NCBI RefSeq assembly: GCF_004010195.1
Contig: NC_057711.1
Location: 69,773,321 to 69,837,320, forward strand
DNA from: Chiloscyllium plagiosum
Taxonomy: Eukaryota
DNA length: 64,000 nt
Reading direction: 5' to 3'
Part shown: positions 11,030-24,204 of the stretch, in pieces
Layout of the letters: every line of letters begins with the position of its first letter
Numbering within the stretch: the stretch's first letter is position 1
Notes under the pieces: model-generated
Seen by the model: only the letters and a program-made list of their open reading frames with translations
Database searches by the model: none
What the model was told of the DNA's origin: nothing
Position numbers and translations under genes: made by a program

Positions 11030-12327
11030 GTATTAGGGATAGTCAGCATGGCTTTGTGCGTGGGAAATCATGTCTCACAAACTTAATTGAGTTTTTTGAA
11101 GAAGTAACAAAGAAGATTGATGAGGGCAGAGCAGTAGGTGTGATCTATATGGACTTCAGTAAGGTGTTCGACAAGGTTCCCCATGGGAGACTGATTAGCA
11201 AGGTTAGATCTCGTGGAATAAAGGGAGAACTAGCTATTTGGATACAGAACTGGCTCAAAGGTAGAAGACAGAGGGTGGTGGTGGAGGATTGTTTTTCAGA
11301 CTGGAGGCCTGTGACCATAGGGGTGCCACAAGGATCACTGCTGGGTCCTCTACTTTTTGTCATTTACATAAATGATTTGGATGCGATCATAAGAGGTACA
11401 GTTAGTAAGTTTGCAGATGACACCAAAATTGGAGGTGTGGTGGATAGCGAAGAGGGTTACCTCAGATTACAACAGGATCTTGACCAAATGGGCCAATGGG
11501 CTGAGAAGTGGCAGGTGGAGTTTAATTCAGATAAATGCGAGGTGCTGCATTTTGGGAAAGCAAATCTTAGCAGGACTTATACACTTAATGGTAAGGTCCT
11601 AGGGAGTGTTGCTGAACAAAGAGACCTTGGAGTGCACGTTCATAGCTCCTTGAAAGTGGAGTCGCAGGTAGATAGTATAGTGAAGAAGGCTTTTGGTATG
11701 CTTTCCTTTATTGGTCAGAATATTGAGTATAGGAGTTGGGAGGTCATGTTGCGGCTGTACAGGACATTGGTTAGGCCACCGTTGGAATATTGCATGCAAT
11801 TCTGGTCTCCTTCCTATCGGAAAGATGTTGTGAAACTTGAAAGGGTTCAGAAAAGATTTACAAGGATGTTGCCAGGGTTGGAGGATTTGAGCTATAGGGA
11901 GGGGCTGAACAGGCTGGGGCTGTTTTCCCTGGAGCGTCAGAGGCTGAGGGGTGACCTTACAGAGGTTTACAAAATCATGAGGGCATGGATAAGATAAATA
12001 GACAAAGTCTTTTCCCTGGGATCAGGGAATCCAGAACTAGAGGGCATAGGTTTCGGGTGAGAGGGGAAAGATATAAAAAAGACCTAAGGGGCAACATTTT
12101 CACGCAGAGGGTGGTACGTGTATGTAATGAGCTTCCAGAGGATGTGGTGAAGGCTGGTATAATTGCAACATTTAAGAGGCATTTGGATGGGTATATGAAT
12201 AGGAAGGGTTTGGAGGGATATGGGCCAGGTGCTGGCAGGTGGGACTAGATTGTGATGGGATATCTGGTCGGCATGGACAGGTTGGACCAAAGGGTCTGTT
12301 TCCATGCTGTACATCTCTGTGACTCTA
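11030..12327 (+). mobile_element. Young 5'-truncated HER1/CR1 LINE with near-intact RT
   Basis: ORF 10945-11997: SQHGFVRGKSCLTNL, YMDFSKVFDKVPH, GVPQGSLLGP, KFADDTK; frameshift near 11985; full 3' UTR. Confidence 0.95.
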
Positions 12328-12441
12328 GTGAACATTGTGTAATCATCGGTGAACATCCCCACTGCTGATGTTATGATGGAGGTAAGGTCTTGGATGAAGC
12401 AGCTGAAGATGGTTAGGCCAAGGACACTACCTTGAGGAACC

Positions 12442-12776
12442 CCGATTTGGAGATACCGGTGTTGGACTGGGATGTACAGAGTTAAAAATCACACAACACC
12501 AGGTTATAGTCCAACAGGTTTAATTGGAAGCACACTAGCTTTCGGAGCATTAAGTGAAACTATCACTGTATTCTAACAGATGAAAGGCTTAACAGACAAT
12601 TAATTTTTCAATGTATAATTTCAGTTACATCACACTCTCTAAATTTTTGCTATAAATTCTGTGTGTTAGGATTGAGTCCTCCACTATCAACTGATGAAGG
12701 AGCGATGTTCCGAAAGCTAGTGTGCTTCCAATTAAACCTGTTGGACTATAACCCTGGTGTTCTGTGATTTTTAACT
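12442..12776. mobile_element. Head-to-head PLE-terminus module (family B) with 10-bp TSD; + strand hammerhead at 12691-12719
   Basis: TSD TTGAGGAACC at 12432-12441 and 12777-12786; arms ~12481-12550 / ~12705-12775; CTGATGA-A-GGAGC gat GTTCC-GAAA-GCTA. Confidence 0.8.
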
Positions 12777-13067
12777 TTGAGGAACCTCTGCAGAGATGTC
12801 CTGGAGCTGAGATGACTGACCTCCAACAACAACTATCTTCCTATGTGTCAGATATGACTCAAAACAGTGGAGAGTTTGCTCCTTGATTCTAGTTTTGCTG
12901 GGGCTCCATGATGCCACACTTGGTGAACTGCAGCCTTGATGTGCATGCCTCTGGTTAGAGCAGCTTGAGCGGTAGCTGGAGCCACTGTGATGTATTCATG
13001 AGACTGAGAGGTTTGTGGATAGCACGATTCAGGACATGAATCACCCCACATCTTAAGGAAATGAAGA

Positions 13068-13400
13068 CAGAATCATAGAATCCCTAAAGTGCAGAAACAA
13101 GCCATTTTGGCCCAATATGTCCACACTGACTTTCCAAAGGGTAACCCACACCTATACTCTATATTTACCCCTGACTAATGTACCTAACCTACATATCCCT
13201 GAACAATTTAGCATGGCCAATTCACCTAACCTGCACATCTTTTGGATTGTGGGAGGAAACCGGATCAACCGGAGGACAGCCACGCAGACACAGGGAGAAT
13301 TTAGCAAACTCTACACAGCCAGTCGCCTGAGGCTGGAATAGAAGCCGGGTCCCTGGCACTGTGAGGCAGCAGTGTTAACCACTGAACCACCATGCTGCCT
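13068..13400 (-). mobile_element. HE1-type V-SINE
   Basis: rc tRNA-like head and V-domain (GGGAGGAAACCGG..CACGCAGACAC). Confidence 0.85.
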
Positions 13401-13439
13401 CATCAAAGGAATGCATGACTGCCACACAGAAAAAGGAGA

Positions 13440-14450
13440 CTAGGTCCAGGTAGGTAGTGAGGACAGTAGTGGGTCCTAATTGTGTGATGGTTGCTGTGTA
13501 GAGACAACTAAAGCCAAGGCCATGGCATTGTGGGTGGTCCAGCTGCTTGGGGTGTGGAGAAGGAAGAAATGTGGAAGGGTAATACATTATAGTGGTAGGA
13601 GCTGCAGTAAACAGATGCTTTTGTAGTCATAAACATACGCCAGGATGATATGTTACCTCCCAGGTGCCAGGCAGAAAGATATGATGAAAGGGCATTCTGT
13701 AGGGGAAAGGTGAACAGCCAGAGATAGGTCCCAAAGTGAACCCAATGACTCTGGTAGAAAAATAAATGGGGTCCTGCACACAGAATTTGAAAAGCAGGAT
13801 TTCAAAGCTAGTAATATCCAGATTATTGCCAGTGCTACACAGAAGTGAGTATAGGAACAGAACAGATGAAAGTGTGGCTGGAGAGATGGTGCAGGGCTGT
13901 GGATTCTTGAGGCATTGAGCCTATTTCTGAGGGGGGGGGTGGGGGACCTGTATATGTTGGTCAGGTTATGTCTGAACAGCAATGGGACCAACATCCTTGT
14001 GAGGAAATTTACTGGTACTCTTAGGGTGGATTTAAACTAGACTGGCAGAGGGATGGGATCCTGACAAACCGAAGGAGAGAGGTTAACATGGAATTACAAG
14101 TTAAAACATGAGTAAGTGATTTTGGAAGGCAAAAGAAGCATAAGCTAAATAAGAAAAAAGTGAGGTGAGCAAGACTAAGTGGGATATATCCTGATGGAAG
14201 GAACCTGAGGAATAAGGCAGATGAGCTGAGGGCATAGATAGGCATCTCGCAATATGGCCTCATAGCTATGACCGAGATTTGGCTGAAAGATGGACGGGAA
14301 TGGCAGTTGAACATTTCTTGTTATAGGGTATTTAGATGAGAGAGAGAGGAGGATAGTGGACGTGGAGTAAATAGGTCACAGTATTGGTCAAGCAATCAGT
14401 TATAGCCAAGAGCAGGGATGATATCTTGGAAGGATCATCATATGAATCCA
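13440..14450 (+). mobile_element. Degenerate CR1 5' part (esterase-type ORF1 end and AP-endonuclease start)
   Basis: C(Y)LPGAR-like at ~13650; R.LRNKADELRA...IAMTEIWL at ~14200-14290. Confidence 0.65.
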
Positions 14451-14454
14451 TATG

Positions 14455-14825
14455 GGCATTATAAAGGTTTATAAAGTCATGAGGGGCATGGATAGGATAA
14501 ATAGACAAATTCCTTTCCCTGGGCTGGGGGAATCCAGAACTAGAGGGCATAGGTTTAGGGTGAGAGGAGGAAGATATAAAAGAGACCTAAGGGGCAACAT
14601 TTTCATGCAGAGGGTGCATGTCTGGAATGAGCTGCCAGAGGAAGTGGTGGACGCTGGTACAATTGCAACATTTAAAAGACATCTGGATAGGTACATTATT
14701 AGGAAGGGTTTGGAGGGATATGGGCCGGATGATGGCAGATGGGACTAGATTGGGTTGGGATATCTGGTTGGCATGGATGAGTTGGATGGAAGGTTCTGTT
14801 TCTGTGCTGTGTATCTTCATGACTG
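14455..14825 (+). mobile_element. HER1/CR1 LINE 3' fragment
   Basis: ORF 14452-14748 (VYKVMRGMDR...WNELPEEVV). Confidence 0.9.
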
Positions 14826-15363
14826 TAAGTGAAACAAACACAAAAGTGGCATGCTGTTCAACTTGTACTACTGACCCCATACAGTCACAGACAGAGCATT
14901 AAATGTGAGATCACGCTTTACGGACATTGCTAGAAGAACAGGAATAATGAGATTTTAACTACTCAAATGCGAACTAATGTGTAAAGTCAGGAGGGAGCAA
15001 AATTCTAAAATTGTACCTAGGAGAACCTTTTAAGCAGAAAACCCAACAAGGAGTTCTGGACCAATATGCAGAAATTATTTGATTGTCACATGTGCTCAAG
15101 TACAGGGTACAAGAGTACATTGTACACTTTTCAATGTCGCCACCCACCTTGCCATCTTAGGTACAATGTACCTGGGTACAAAATCTTATTTCTTTATTTT
15201 TCTACTTCTGTAACTAAGTTTAGAAAGTTCAGCACTACAGTCTTCTCAGTATAAAAATAGTAAAATAGAGATAAAGTTTAAAAAGTCAAACATTACAGTC
15301 CTTTATAGTCTGCAGATGCTCCAAACTGGGCTTTTGCCTGCGCTGGGCTGAGACCTGCCCATG

Positions 15364-15642
15364 TTTGCCAGCCGCCTTCATGGCTAACCTCCATCAGGCA
15401 GGCTAGGCTTCGTTTCCACTTGCAAGGCTTCGGCCCTGAACACTGCCTCACCACTTCCGCCATCCTTTGCTGCTGGCTGCTGTCTCACTGTTGCCATCAT
15501 CTGGGCTCACCCTAAGCCCCAGTTGCTGCCACGCTTGTTTGGCACATTAGCTGCCTCTCTGCAGAATCCCACTCCGGTACCGCTCGGGACATGCAAAGCC
15601 TAGCCTGCCTGATGGAGGTCAGCCATGAAGGCGGCTGGCAAA
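15364..15642. repeat. 47-bp inverted repeat with 185-bp spacer
   Basis: 15364-15410 is the reverse complement of 15596-15642 with 1 mismatch. Confidence 0.9.
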
Positions 15643-17280
15643 AGGAACGCAGAGGTGATTTATCAGGATGCTGCCTGTTCTAGAGGGTCTGAGCTATGAG
15701 GAAAGATTGGATAGTCTGTCACTGTTTTCCTTGGAAGTTTGATGGGGACATGACTGAGGTGAACGAGATTACAAGGCGCAGAGGTAACGTGGATGTGAAG
15801 ACAATTTTTTCCATTTGTAGAGGGCTCGATAACCACTATCATATATTTTAAGGTAAGAGAACATAGAGGGTGATTGAGGAGAATCTCTTTCACCCAGAGA
15901 GTCTGGAACTTTGTGCCTGAGAAGGTGGCTCAAGTCAGAAACGTTTAAGCAATATTTAGATATTCACTCGCTTTGCCACAGCTTCCAGGGCTATAGGCCA
16001 AGAGCTGAAGAATGGGATTATTGTAGTCAGATCTGTGTTGAATCTATGCCAGTGTGCCAAATGGCCTTTTTCACTACTGCAAACATCATGTCTATAGGCC
16101 AGATTCAGTTAATTGGAGCTTTTTTGAAATGTTTTGGAAGCAAATAGTCTTTCAGAGTGAATGAGCTTGATTGCTTATGCAGTAAAATGTCGGGAGTTAG
16201 CTGTCTGTTTTCCAGAAGTAAAGTTGTGGTGCTTGCATTAATGTTCCTCCCAAATATTTAGGCACATATTAACTTGATTTGTCAACCATGTAAGTTTAAA
16301 GAATGTAATTTAACACATGACCATCCTCATGATTTGTTTTAGACTTTGGAAAACAAAAAACAGTCCAGTTAACGTACTGTTACTGAGGTGGGATAGTGTG
16401 GTGGATCAGATGAATATCCCTTTTGCTACAGGTGGAAGATGTGACAGAGACCGCCGTGAAGGTCTCAGCCGCACAAGGTGGTGCTCAATGAGTTGATACC
16501 ATTGCGCAAATCTTCATTTTATACGATGGAAGTTTGCCATAGGAAGAGAAGAAATTGTGTAAGGGCGGAGTCAGAATCTTCCACTTCTTGGATGCATGGG
16601 TGATGTCTCGGGATTGGAGAACTGCAAATGTTACTTTGTTTTTATAATAGATAAGCCCCAACAAGTACAGGATATTTAGTTTAATGTCAGTGGTGCAAAA
16701 ACCTTTAAAAATTATAATCCAAGTCAAAATTAACCATAATTTAAACAATATGAATTAATTGCAGATAGTCAACTTAGGTATGTTAAAGGTATGTTTAATT
16801 AATTTGCTTTGGGTTTTGATGTGAGAATAATGAAGTTCTTATGGTATGCATGGACTTTCAAAGGCATTTGATTAAGATCCATATAACTGACTTGCCAGCA
16901 AAGTTGAATAAAAGAACAATAGGGACTAGAAGTTGGCTGAGTTACAGGAAACAGAGTTGTGAACAGTTGTTTTTCAAGCTGTAGCAAAGTATGCAATGAT
17001 ATGACGTTGGTGTTCTGACTACTGTTCCCCTTAATATATATTAATAACTTGGGGGTACAATACAGTTTCAAAGTGTGAAGATGACCTGGAATTCTTAAAA
17101 ATTGCGAGGTGGATAATGAAAGAGTTTGAGGTTGAATGGATGGATGTGTGGCAAATTAAGTTTAATGTAGAGGGATATGAGCCGATATATCTTGGAGAAG
17201 AACAAGGAACAACAAGATAAAATGAAGTGCACAGTTCTGAAGAGAATACAGGAACAAAGAGATCTGAGGTGATATACACA

Positions 17281-18052
17281 ACCGCCACCAGGACAGAACC
17301 CCATTGGTCCTCACCTACCACCCCACCAATCTCCATGTACAGCGCATCATCCGCCGTCATTTCCGCTACCTCCAAACGGACTCCACCACCAAGGATATAT
17401 TTCCCTCCCCTCCCCTAACAGCATTCCGTAAAGACCACTCCCACCGTGACTCCCTCGACAGATCCACACCCCCCACCAACCCAACCTCCACTCCCGGCAC
17501 CTTCCCCTGCAACCGCAGGAGGTGCAAGACTTGCGCCCACACCTCCCCCCTCACCTCCCTCCAAGGCCCCAAAGGAAACTCCCATATCCACCACAGATTC
17601 ACCTGCACCCCCACACACATCATCTATTGCATCCTCTGCACCCGACGTGGCCTCCTCTATATTGGGGAGACAGGCCACCTACTTGCGGAGCGTTTCAGAG
17701 AACACCTATGGGACACCCGGACCNNNNNNNNNNNNNNNNNNNNNNNNNNNNNNNNNNNNNNNNNNNNNNNNNNNNNNNNNNNNNNNNNNNNNNNNNNNNN
17801 NNNNNNNNCTGACCTATCACTCTCACCTTGACCTCTTTCCACCTATCGCATTTCCGAAGCCCCTCCCCAAGTCCCTCCTCCCTACCTTTTATCTTAGCCT
17901 GCTGGACAAACTTTCCTCATTCCTGAAGAAGGGCTTATGCCCGAAACGTCGATTCTCCTGTTCCCTGGATGCTGCCTGACCTGCTGCGCTTTTCCAGCAA
18001 CACATTTCCAGCTCTGATCTCCAGCATCTGCAGACCTCACTTTCTCCTCAAA
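17281..18052 (+). mobile_element. Penelope-like element 3' part (GIY-YIG endonuclease + tail) with 10-bp TSD; hammerhead at 17923-17950
   Basis: ORF with CNRRRCKTCAH...IIYCILC...LLYIGETG; TSD GATATACACA at 17271-17280 and 18053-18062; CTGAAGA-A-GGGC ttat GCCC-GAAA-CGTC. Confidence 0.9.
17724..17808. other. Assembly gap (N run) inside the PLE
   Basis: 85 N bases. Confidence 1.
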
Positions 18053-18529
18053 GATATACACACAAGCCCTTCAAAGTGGCAAGGCAGGTTGAGAAAGTGG
18101 TTAAAAAGTCGAAATGATCCTAGATTTTACAATAATCATGTAATACAAAAGCAAGCACATTTTGATGCCACTTTATAAAATGCTGGCTTGGCTGAACTCC
18201 ATATTGTGGGACCACACACTTTGGGAGGCTTGTGAAATCTTTAGAGATTATCTAGAAAAGATTTACAAGAGTGGTTCCAGGGATGAGGAGCTTTCAGTTA
18301 CTTTGGAAGATTGGGGAAGCAGGGGTGCTTTCAATGGAGAGAACGTTGAAAGGAATTTGTAGAAGCGCTCAAAATCATGATGGGTCTGAACAGATTAGAG
18401 AGTAATTGTTCCAGTCGCGGAAGGGGAGCAAAGCAGAGGAAACCCAGTGTCGGAGAAATTACTTCTACAGGTGAGTGGTTAGGAGTTCAGATGCACCACC
18501 TGAAAATTTGGTGGAGGTTATTTTTAATA

Positions 18530-18705
18530 TAAAAGCAAAATACTACGGCTGCTGGAGATCTGATAGAAAAATGTTTCAAGTCTGGTATTACTTTTCTTCA
18601 GCTTCCAAAGAGGAATCATTGGAGTCTGCGTTAACTCTGTTTCTGTCTCCACAGACACTGCCAGACCTGCTGAGTTTCTCCAGCACTTCCTGTTTTTCTT
18701 GCAAA
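18530..18705. mobile_element. Old head-to-head PLE-terminus remnant (possible fourth family)
   Basis: Minus-strand CTGAAGA...GACTTGAAACAT remnant at 18570-18601, then plus-strand tail GTTAACTCTG...GACCTGCTGAGTTTCTCCAGCA; related pieces at ~21655-21745 and ~49470-49590. Confidence 0.5.
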
Positions 18706-19269
18706 TTTAATCATGGTTTTTAAAAGGGAACTGAGTAAGCACCAGAAAATTAAAATTTGCACGATAATGGAGGACATTTGGGGAATAAGGCAAGCTCATT
18801 TGCTCTTGTAGAGAACTGGCTGACTGGCCTATTTCTATCTTTGTAGAAGTATTGAATGCAACATAGAACACAGCTATTAACATAAATCCAGTTCCCAAAT
18901 ATGCAATTATTTGACATGACAAGGGATTTGATTTGGTATTTCTCGTAGGGAGTAATCATAAATATTTGAAGATAATGGAGCATTATTTGAAAACAACTGC
19001 AGGATGACGTAGTCTGACTGGGAATGAGCGAATCTGCGACAAGTGGTTCTGTGGTTAAATGTGAAGTAAATATGTTTTGATTGAAACAATAAAAGCTGGC
19101 ATGTAGTCAAAATAATTTATTTGTGGGGTATAGTGAAAGGTAAGTAGATGTGAAGTATTAACCATTTAAAGTAGGATTGCATGTGATTGCAGATGGCTGC
19201 GTTGTCTGCTTGCTGCCAGGATTTGGGATATCCGCTGTGTTCTGGAGAGGAACTGCAGTAGGAAGGAGA

Positions 19270-19560
19270 GAATAGAAACATAAAATTCTTCCAGTGCAGA
19301 AAGATGCCATTTGGTCTATTAAGTCTGCACCAACCCTGCGAAAAGCATCCCACAGATCCTGCCTTCTAACCACGCAATTACTACAGCCAATCCACTTAAC
19401 CTGCACATCTTTGGACTGTGAGCAGAAAGCAGAGCACCAAGGGAAGGCCACACAGCCACAGGGAGAACATGCAAACTCCACACAGACAGTTGTCCAAGGC
19501 TGGAATCAAACCCAGGTCTCTGGCACTATGAGGCAGCAGTGCTAGCCACTGAGCCACCAA
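19270..19560 (-). mobile_element. HE1-type V-SINE (diverged)
   Basis: rc head GGTGGCTCAGTGGCTAGCACTGCTGCCTCA and V-domain. Confidence 0.75.
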
Positions 19561-21899
19561 GCTAGTCCAGTGGTCGTGGCCTACGATAGGATTAAGGACA
19601 TAGGTACTACTAGAAAAATGTTCTTCTGAAAAAGTATAAGCAGTTAGGTGCTAAAATAAAAAGCTGAACCTCAAAGATAATAATTTCATTATTACTTGAG
19701 CCATGTCGAATTGGCATAGGATGAGTAAGTTTAGAGAAGCTAATATTTGGCTCAAAGGCTCTTGAAAGAGAAGTGAATTCTGGTTCATGCGTCACTGGCA
19801 CCAATACTGTGGAATCTGGGATCTGTATTATTGAAGCAGTTTACACCCAAATTGTGCTGTGACTGGCAGTTTTGCAAGCTCTTAACTAGGGAAATAGAGA
19901 GAGCTTTACATGTAACAAGGGGAGGATGAGGGATCAAGCTGGGCTAAATGTAATAATTCAAGAGAGAGAGTCAAGGTTGGACAGCAACCTACTACTCTGG
20001 AAAATGAAGGTCAGAGAATGGCAGATTTTAAAAAAACTATGTAATACAAAGGTAACAAAAAAAAAGTCTGCATATCTGAATGTAAAGTATTCATAACAAA
20101 GTAAATGAATTGGTCATGCATGTGATCTGACACCATTGCAGGTAATTGGATGAGGTTAGATTTGAAAATTGTGGGGTCTGTGATATTCAAGAAGAATAGG
20201 GAGCTCAGAAGTTAGAGGTGTAGAACTCTTGATTAAAAGATGGTATTGAGACAATAGTTAGTGATAGTCTTAGTTCAGAAGATCAAGCTGTAGAATTGAT
20301 TTAAATGGAGATAAGAAATTGTTGGCCAAAGAAGTCACTGATAGGAATGATTTACTGCTCATGAACAATAGTCACAACATAAGAAAAAAGTACTGTATAC
20401 AGGAAGAAATGTTGAGGGATGTCAATATCGTGGATTATATAGCCATCACCTTTTTAAATCCACGCTGATCTACTCTGATCAGCTGAAAACTTTTCAAGCT
20501 GTTTTCTGATGCTGTTCTTATAGAATTTAGTAATTTCCCAACAGAGTTTGGATATCTAGTCTATCCTTCCCTGATTTTCCCTCTGTCATCATTGCAAACT
20601 GCGCTCTGTAAGATTATTTATCTCCTGTTGGTTGCCTCACTATCTGCTGCAAGCACAGTCTAGCAGCTACGCCCTTTAGCACTCTGCCAGCACAGTCAGA
20701 GGTGCAGTTGGTGACAGATGTTGAAGTCCCCCACCCAGAGTACATTCTGTACCCTTGCCACACTCTCTGCTTCTGCAAATTGGTCTAAAAATAGTGAGTG
20801 GGAGTGTGCTAATGTGTATTTATCAGAAGATCTCTATGCGCATGCTTGTCCATGAGATTTCTCAGTCTTGCGAGTCAATGCTAGGGCAACTCATTCCCAA
20901 ATTTTTTTTAACCACTGTATGGTGGGTCTATCCTGCCAGTCAGACAGCATGTACTTAGGAATTGTGATTAGTGATGTCTGAGATGTTGGCTACAAAATAT
21001 AATTCGGTGAGTATGTCTTCGAAGGCTGTTGCTTGACTCGCCTGTGGGATAGTTTCCCAAATTATTGCACAAGTCCATAAATATTTGTAAAATGGATTTG
21101 TGGAATCGTCAGGGCTGGGTTTGCCATTGTCATTTCTGGTGCCTATGCCCATCCAGTTTAGTTCCTTTTAGACATTTTCTTTAGTGGCTCATTAAGCTGA
21201 CTAACTTATCACACCACTTCGGAGGACAGTTCAGATTCTCCACATCAGGAATCACATGTAAACTGGACCAGGTAGACGACACTAGTGAAGCAGATGGGGA
21301 TTTTATGACAATCGACTGTGGTTTCATGGTCACCACTGGAGTTCAATTCCATACTTATTTATTTCATGCAATTTCTGACAACTGCCATGCTAGGATTTCA
21401 ACTCCCGTGCCCCGAGCATTAATCTGGGAATTTGTAGTCAGTGACATTACCGTTAAGCCCCTGCTCTCATCAACATAAGCTGCAAGAACATCAAACCTCT
21501 AGAACAATTGCAAGGGCTGTAGTTCTTCCACTTCTAATTTCTTAACCTTTTTAGCTTTCTCGCTCAGAGTCAGACCATTCTGTCCCTGAATACTGACAAA
21601 ATCAGCTGACCTATCCTTCGGGAACAGAATGTCAAGATACCCTTTGTCAGCTTTGGTGAAGAGTCATGTAGACTCAACATTAGTTTGTGCTCTCTTCATG
21701 GATGCTGCCTGACCTGCTGTGAGTTCTAGCAATTTTTGTTTTCAGTCATACTAATGATCCCTGTCCCTGGTACATCTCAGTATTGCTAGCTTGGACTTCA
21801 GCTCTTTGACCCTGAGCCGAAACAGGTAATTACAACTGATGTGGTTGCCATGGATGACAGGCATCCATGTACTGTAGTTGCAATACATTGCCTGTATAA

Positions 21900-24120
21900 T
21901 CATAGATGATTAGTACTGAAGGAAGCTGATCAGCCAATTGTCTGTGCTGGTGAACACAGGTCTGTTGTCATAATGTTTTACAGCTCTCGCCCTGTAGCCC
22001 TAGGACCAGGGGAATGTAAATTAATATCTAAATATTGCTGAAACATTATAACAGTTTCTGACTTGAGCCACCCTTTCCAAACACCCACGTCAGCTCTGCT
22101 CTTTACATTCTATCTCTTACCTTAAATCTATGCCCTTTGGTTGTTGATCTCTCGACTCGTGGGAAAAAGGTGCCTTCCTATCTACCCTATCTCTGTCCTT
22201 CAGAATCTTCTAACCTCTCTTGGCACCCCTCTCAAACATGACTGCTCCAAGGAAAATAACCACAGCCTATCCAATCTTTACTCACTTTAGAACTCCTGAA
22301 GCCGATGCAGCATTCTGGTATATCTCTTCTGCATCCTATAGTACAATTATGTCCTTCCTATACTTCATGGTGACCAGAACTGCACTCAGTTGTGGCCTAA
22401 AACCAAGCGTTTTATACAATTCAAGAATAACCTTCCACCTCTTATGTTCTGTGCCTCGGCTAATAAAAGCAAGTATCCCATATGCATTCTTAACCACCTT
22501 ACCTACCTACCCGGCTACCTTTTAGGAATCTGTGGATATGCACATTGAGGTTCCTCTCACCTTTGGTACTTTCCAGTATCTGACTATTCATAACATAATT
22601 CCTTGCCTCCTCAGCCACTCCAAGTATATAAACTGCTCACTTTTCTGTTTGAATTCCACTTGTCACTGCTCTGCCCACCCATCCAATCTGTTGAATGTTC
22701 CCCTGCAGTTCATATCTGTTTCCTTACAATGTACCACTGTGTTTTCATGTCAACTGCACAGTTCTTGATCAAACCACCTATATTTAAGTCCAAAACATTA
22801 GTGTACAGCACAAACAAGGGACCCAGTGCTGAGTCCTGCAGAACTCCATTGATAATAGAATTCCAGGCACAGAAACATCACTCTACTGTCATCCTCTGCT
22901 GGTTGCCTCTTGCCAATTTGAATCCAATGTCTTGGATCCCATGAGGTCTTTCCATCTGACCAGTCTGCATGAGGGACCTTATTAAAAACCTTGCTGAAGT
23001 CCAAGTAGACCACATCAAATGCATTACCCTCATCCACACTCATGGTTAGCCCCCTCAGAATTTTGATCAGATTTGTCAAACATGCCTGGTCCTTAACAAA
23101 TGCATACTAACTATCCCTGATTAATCTGTCTTTCTCCAATTGCAGATATATTCTTTGTCCCTCATTTTTTCCAATTACTTCCCCAAACCGAGGACTAGCC
23201 TGTAATTTCCTGTTTATCCCATTTTTTTTTTTTTAATAATGGGACAACATTAGCAATCCTTCAGTCCTCTAGCCCTCACCTATGAGCAGAAATTACTGCC
23301 AGGGCCCTTGATATTTTGCCTCCCTCATCAGCCTGGGGTTCATCTCATCCAGTCTGCAGATTTATCCACTTTTAAGCCTGCTGGTACCCCCTCTATTTCT
23401 GTTAATTTCTTCTTATAGTTTACAGTCCTTCACGCTGATGTCTTTTCCTGTGTCCTCCTTTTCCATTATGAAGACTGACTTTTAACGTATTCATTGAAAA
23501 CACCACCCCTATCTTTTAGGTTCATGCACAGATTTCCTTCATGGTCCCTACACCTTTTCCCTAATAACCTTTTAATCTTTACATATGTTTTTCTGAAAAC
23601 CCTCTTTTCCTTTATTCTACCCACCAATGCTTTCTCATGCCCTCTGTTAGTTTTCCTAATTTCCTTTTAAGGTCCCCCCCCCCCGCATATGCTTTTTGAA
23701 CTCCTCTACATATTTAGCCCTCAATATCTGCCAAAAGCTTCATCATTTTTCAAACTTAACATGTAGTTTTTGACACCCAGAATTCTCCAGTCTTGGACCC
23801 AACCATTCTCTTTACGGGGACATATTTGCCCTGTATTTTTCCTCTTTCCTCTTTGAATGTTTCCCAATGCTCTGACACATTCTTTCTACAAACAGCTGCT
23901 CCCAATCCATTTGGACCAAATTTTTTCAGTGAAATTTAACTTTTTGCCCGTATACATGTTTTATAATAAACTATCCTAAATCTATCTATCTATCCTAAAT
24001 CATTATCTTCATAACGCTCCCTCACTGATATGTCTTCCACCACCTCCAGGCTCATTTCTGAATATTAGGTCTAGAACTGCTCTCTGCGTTTATGGGCTTT
24101 CTATGTACTAGTTTAGAAAA
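21900..24120 (-). mobile_element. Old CR1 LINE remnant
   Basis: ORF 22798-23079 VDEGNAFDVVYLDFSKVFNKVPH. Confidence 0.75.
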
Positions 24121-24204
24121 ATGTTCTTCTGAATGCAGGTTTAATATTTTTGGCCCTCCATTCATTTCACATGAAACTAGCCCACTTAATACTTGGGTGG
24201 TTAA

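Larger units (their letters stand above)
10193..12960 (-). mobile_element. Degenerate L2/CR1-clade LINE (3' tail shared with SacSINE/Deu SINE), split by later insertions
   Basis: rc tail GGGATGGGCAATAAATGCTGGCCAG at ~10225-10250; body colinear with the copy at 46320-47500. Confidence 0.65.
16580..18500 (+). mobile_element. Old CR1 ORF2 remnant hosting the PLE at 17281-18052
   Basis: Decayed DWRTANVT, FS-W, KCEDD and SLKVARQVEKVVK-like segments colinear across the insertion. Confidence 0.6.

Noticed and set aside
10945..11997. 350-aa RT ORF as a host or domesticated gene
   Set aside because: 5'-truncated LINE with a chance upstream ATG from a different repeat and a 3' frameshift
16418..16495. 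Acceptor-like CCCTTTTGCTACAG followed by a short open frame
   Set aside because: Peptide unrelated to the PX domain, stop after 19 codons, no convincing donor
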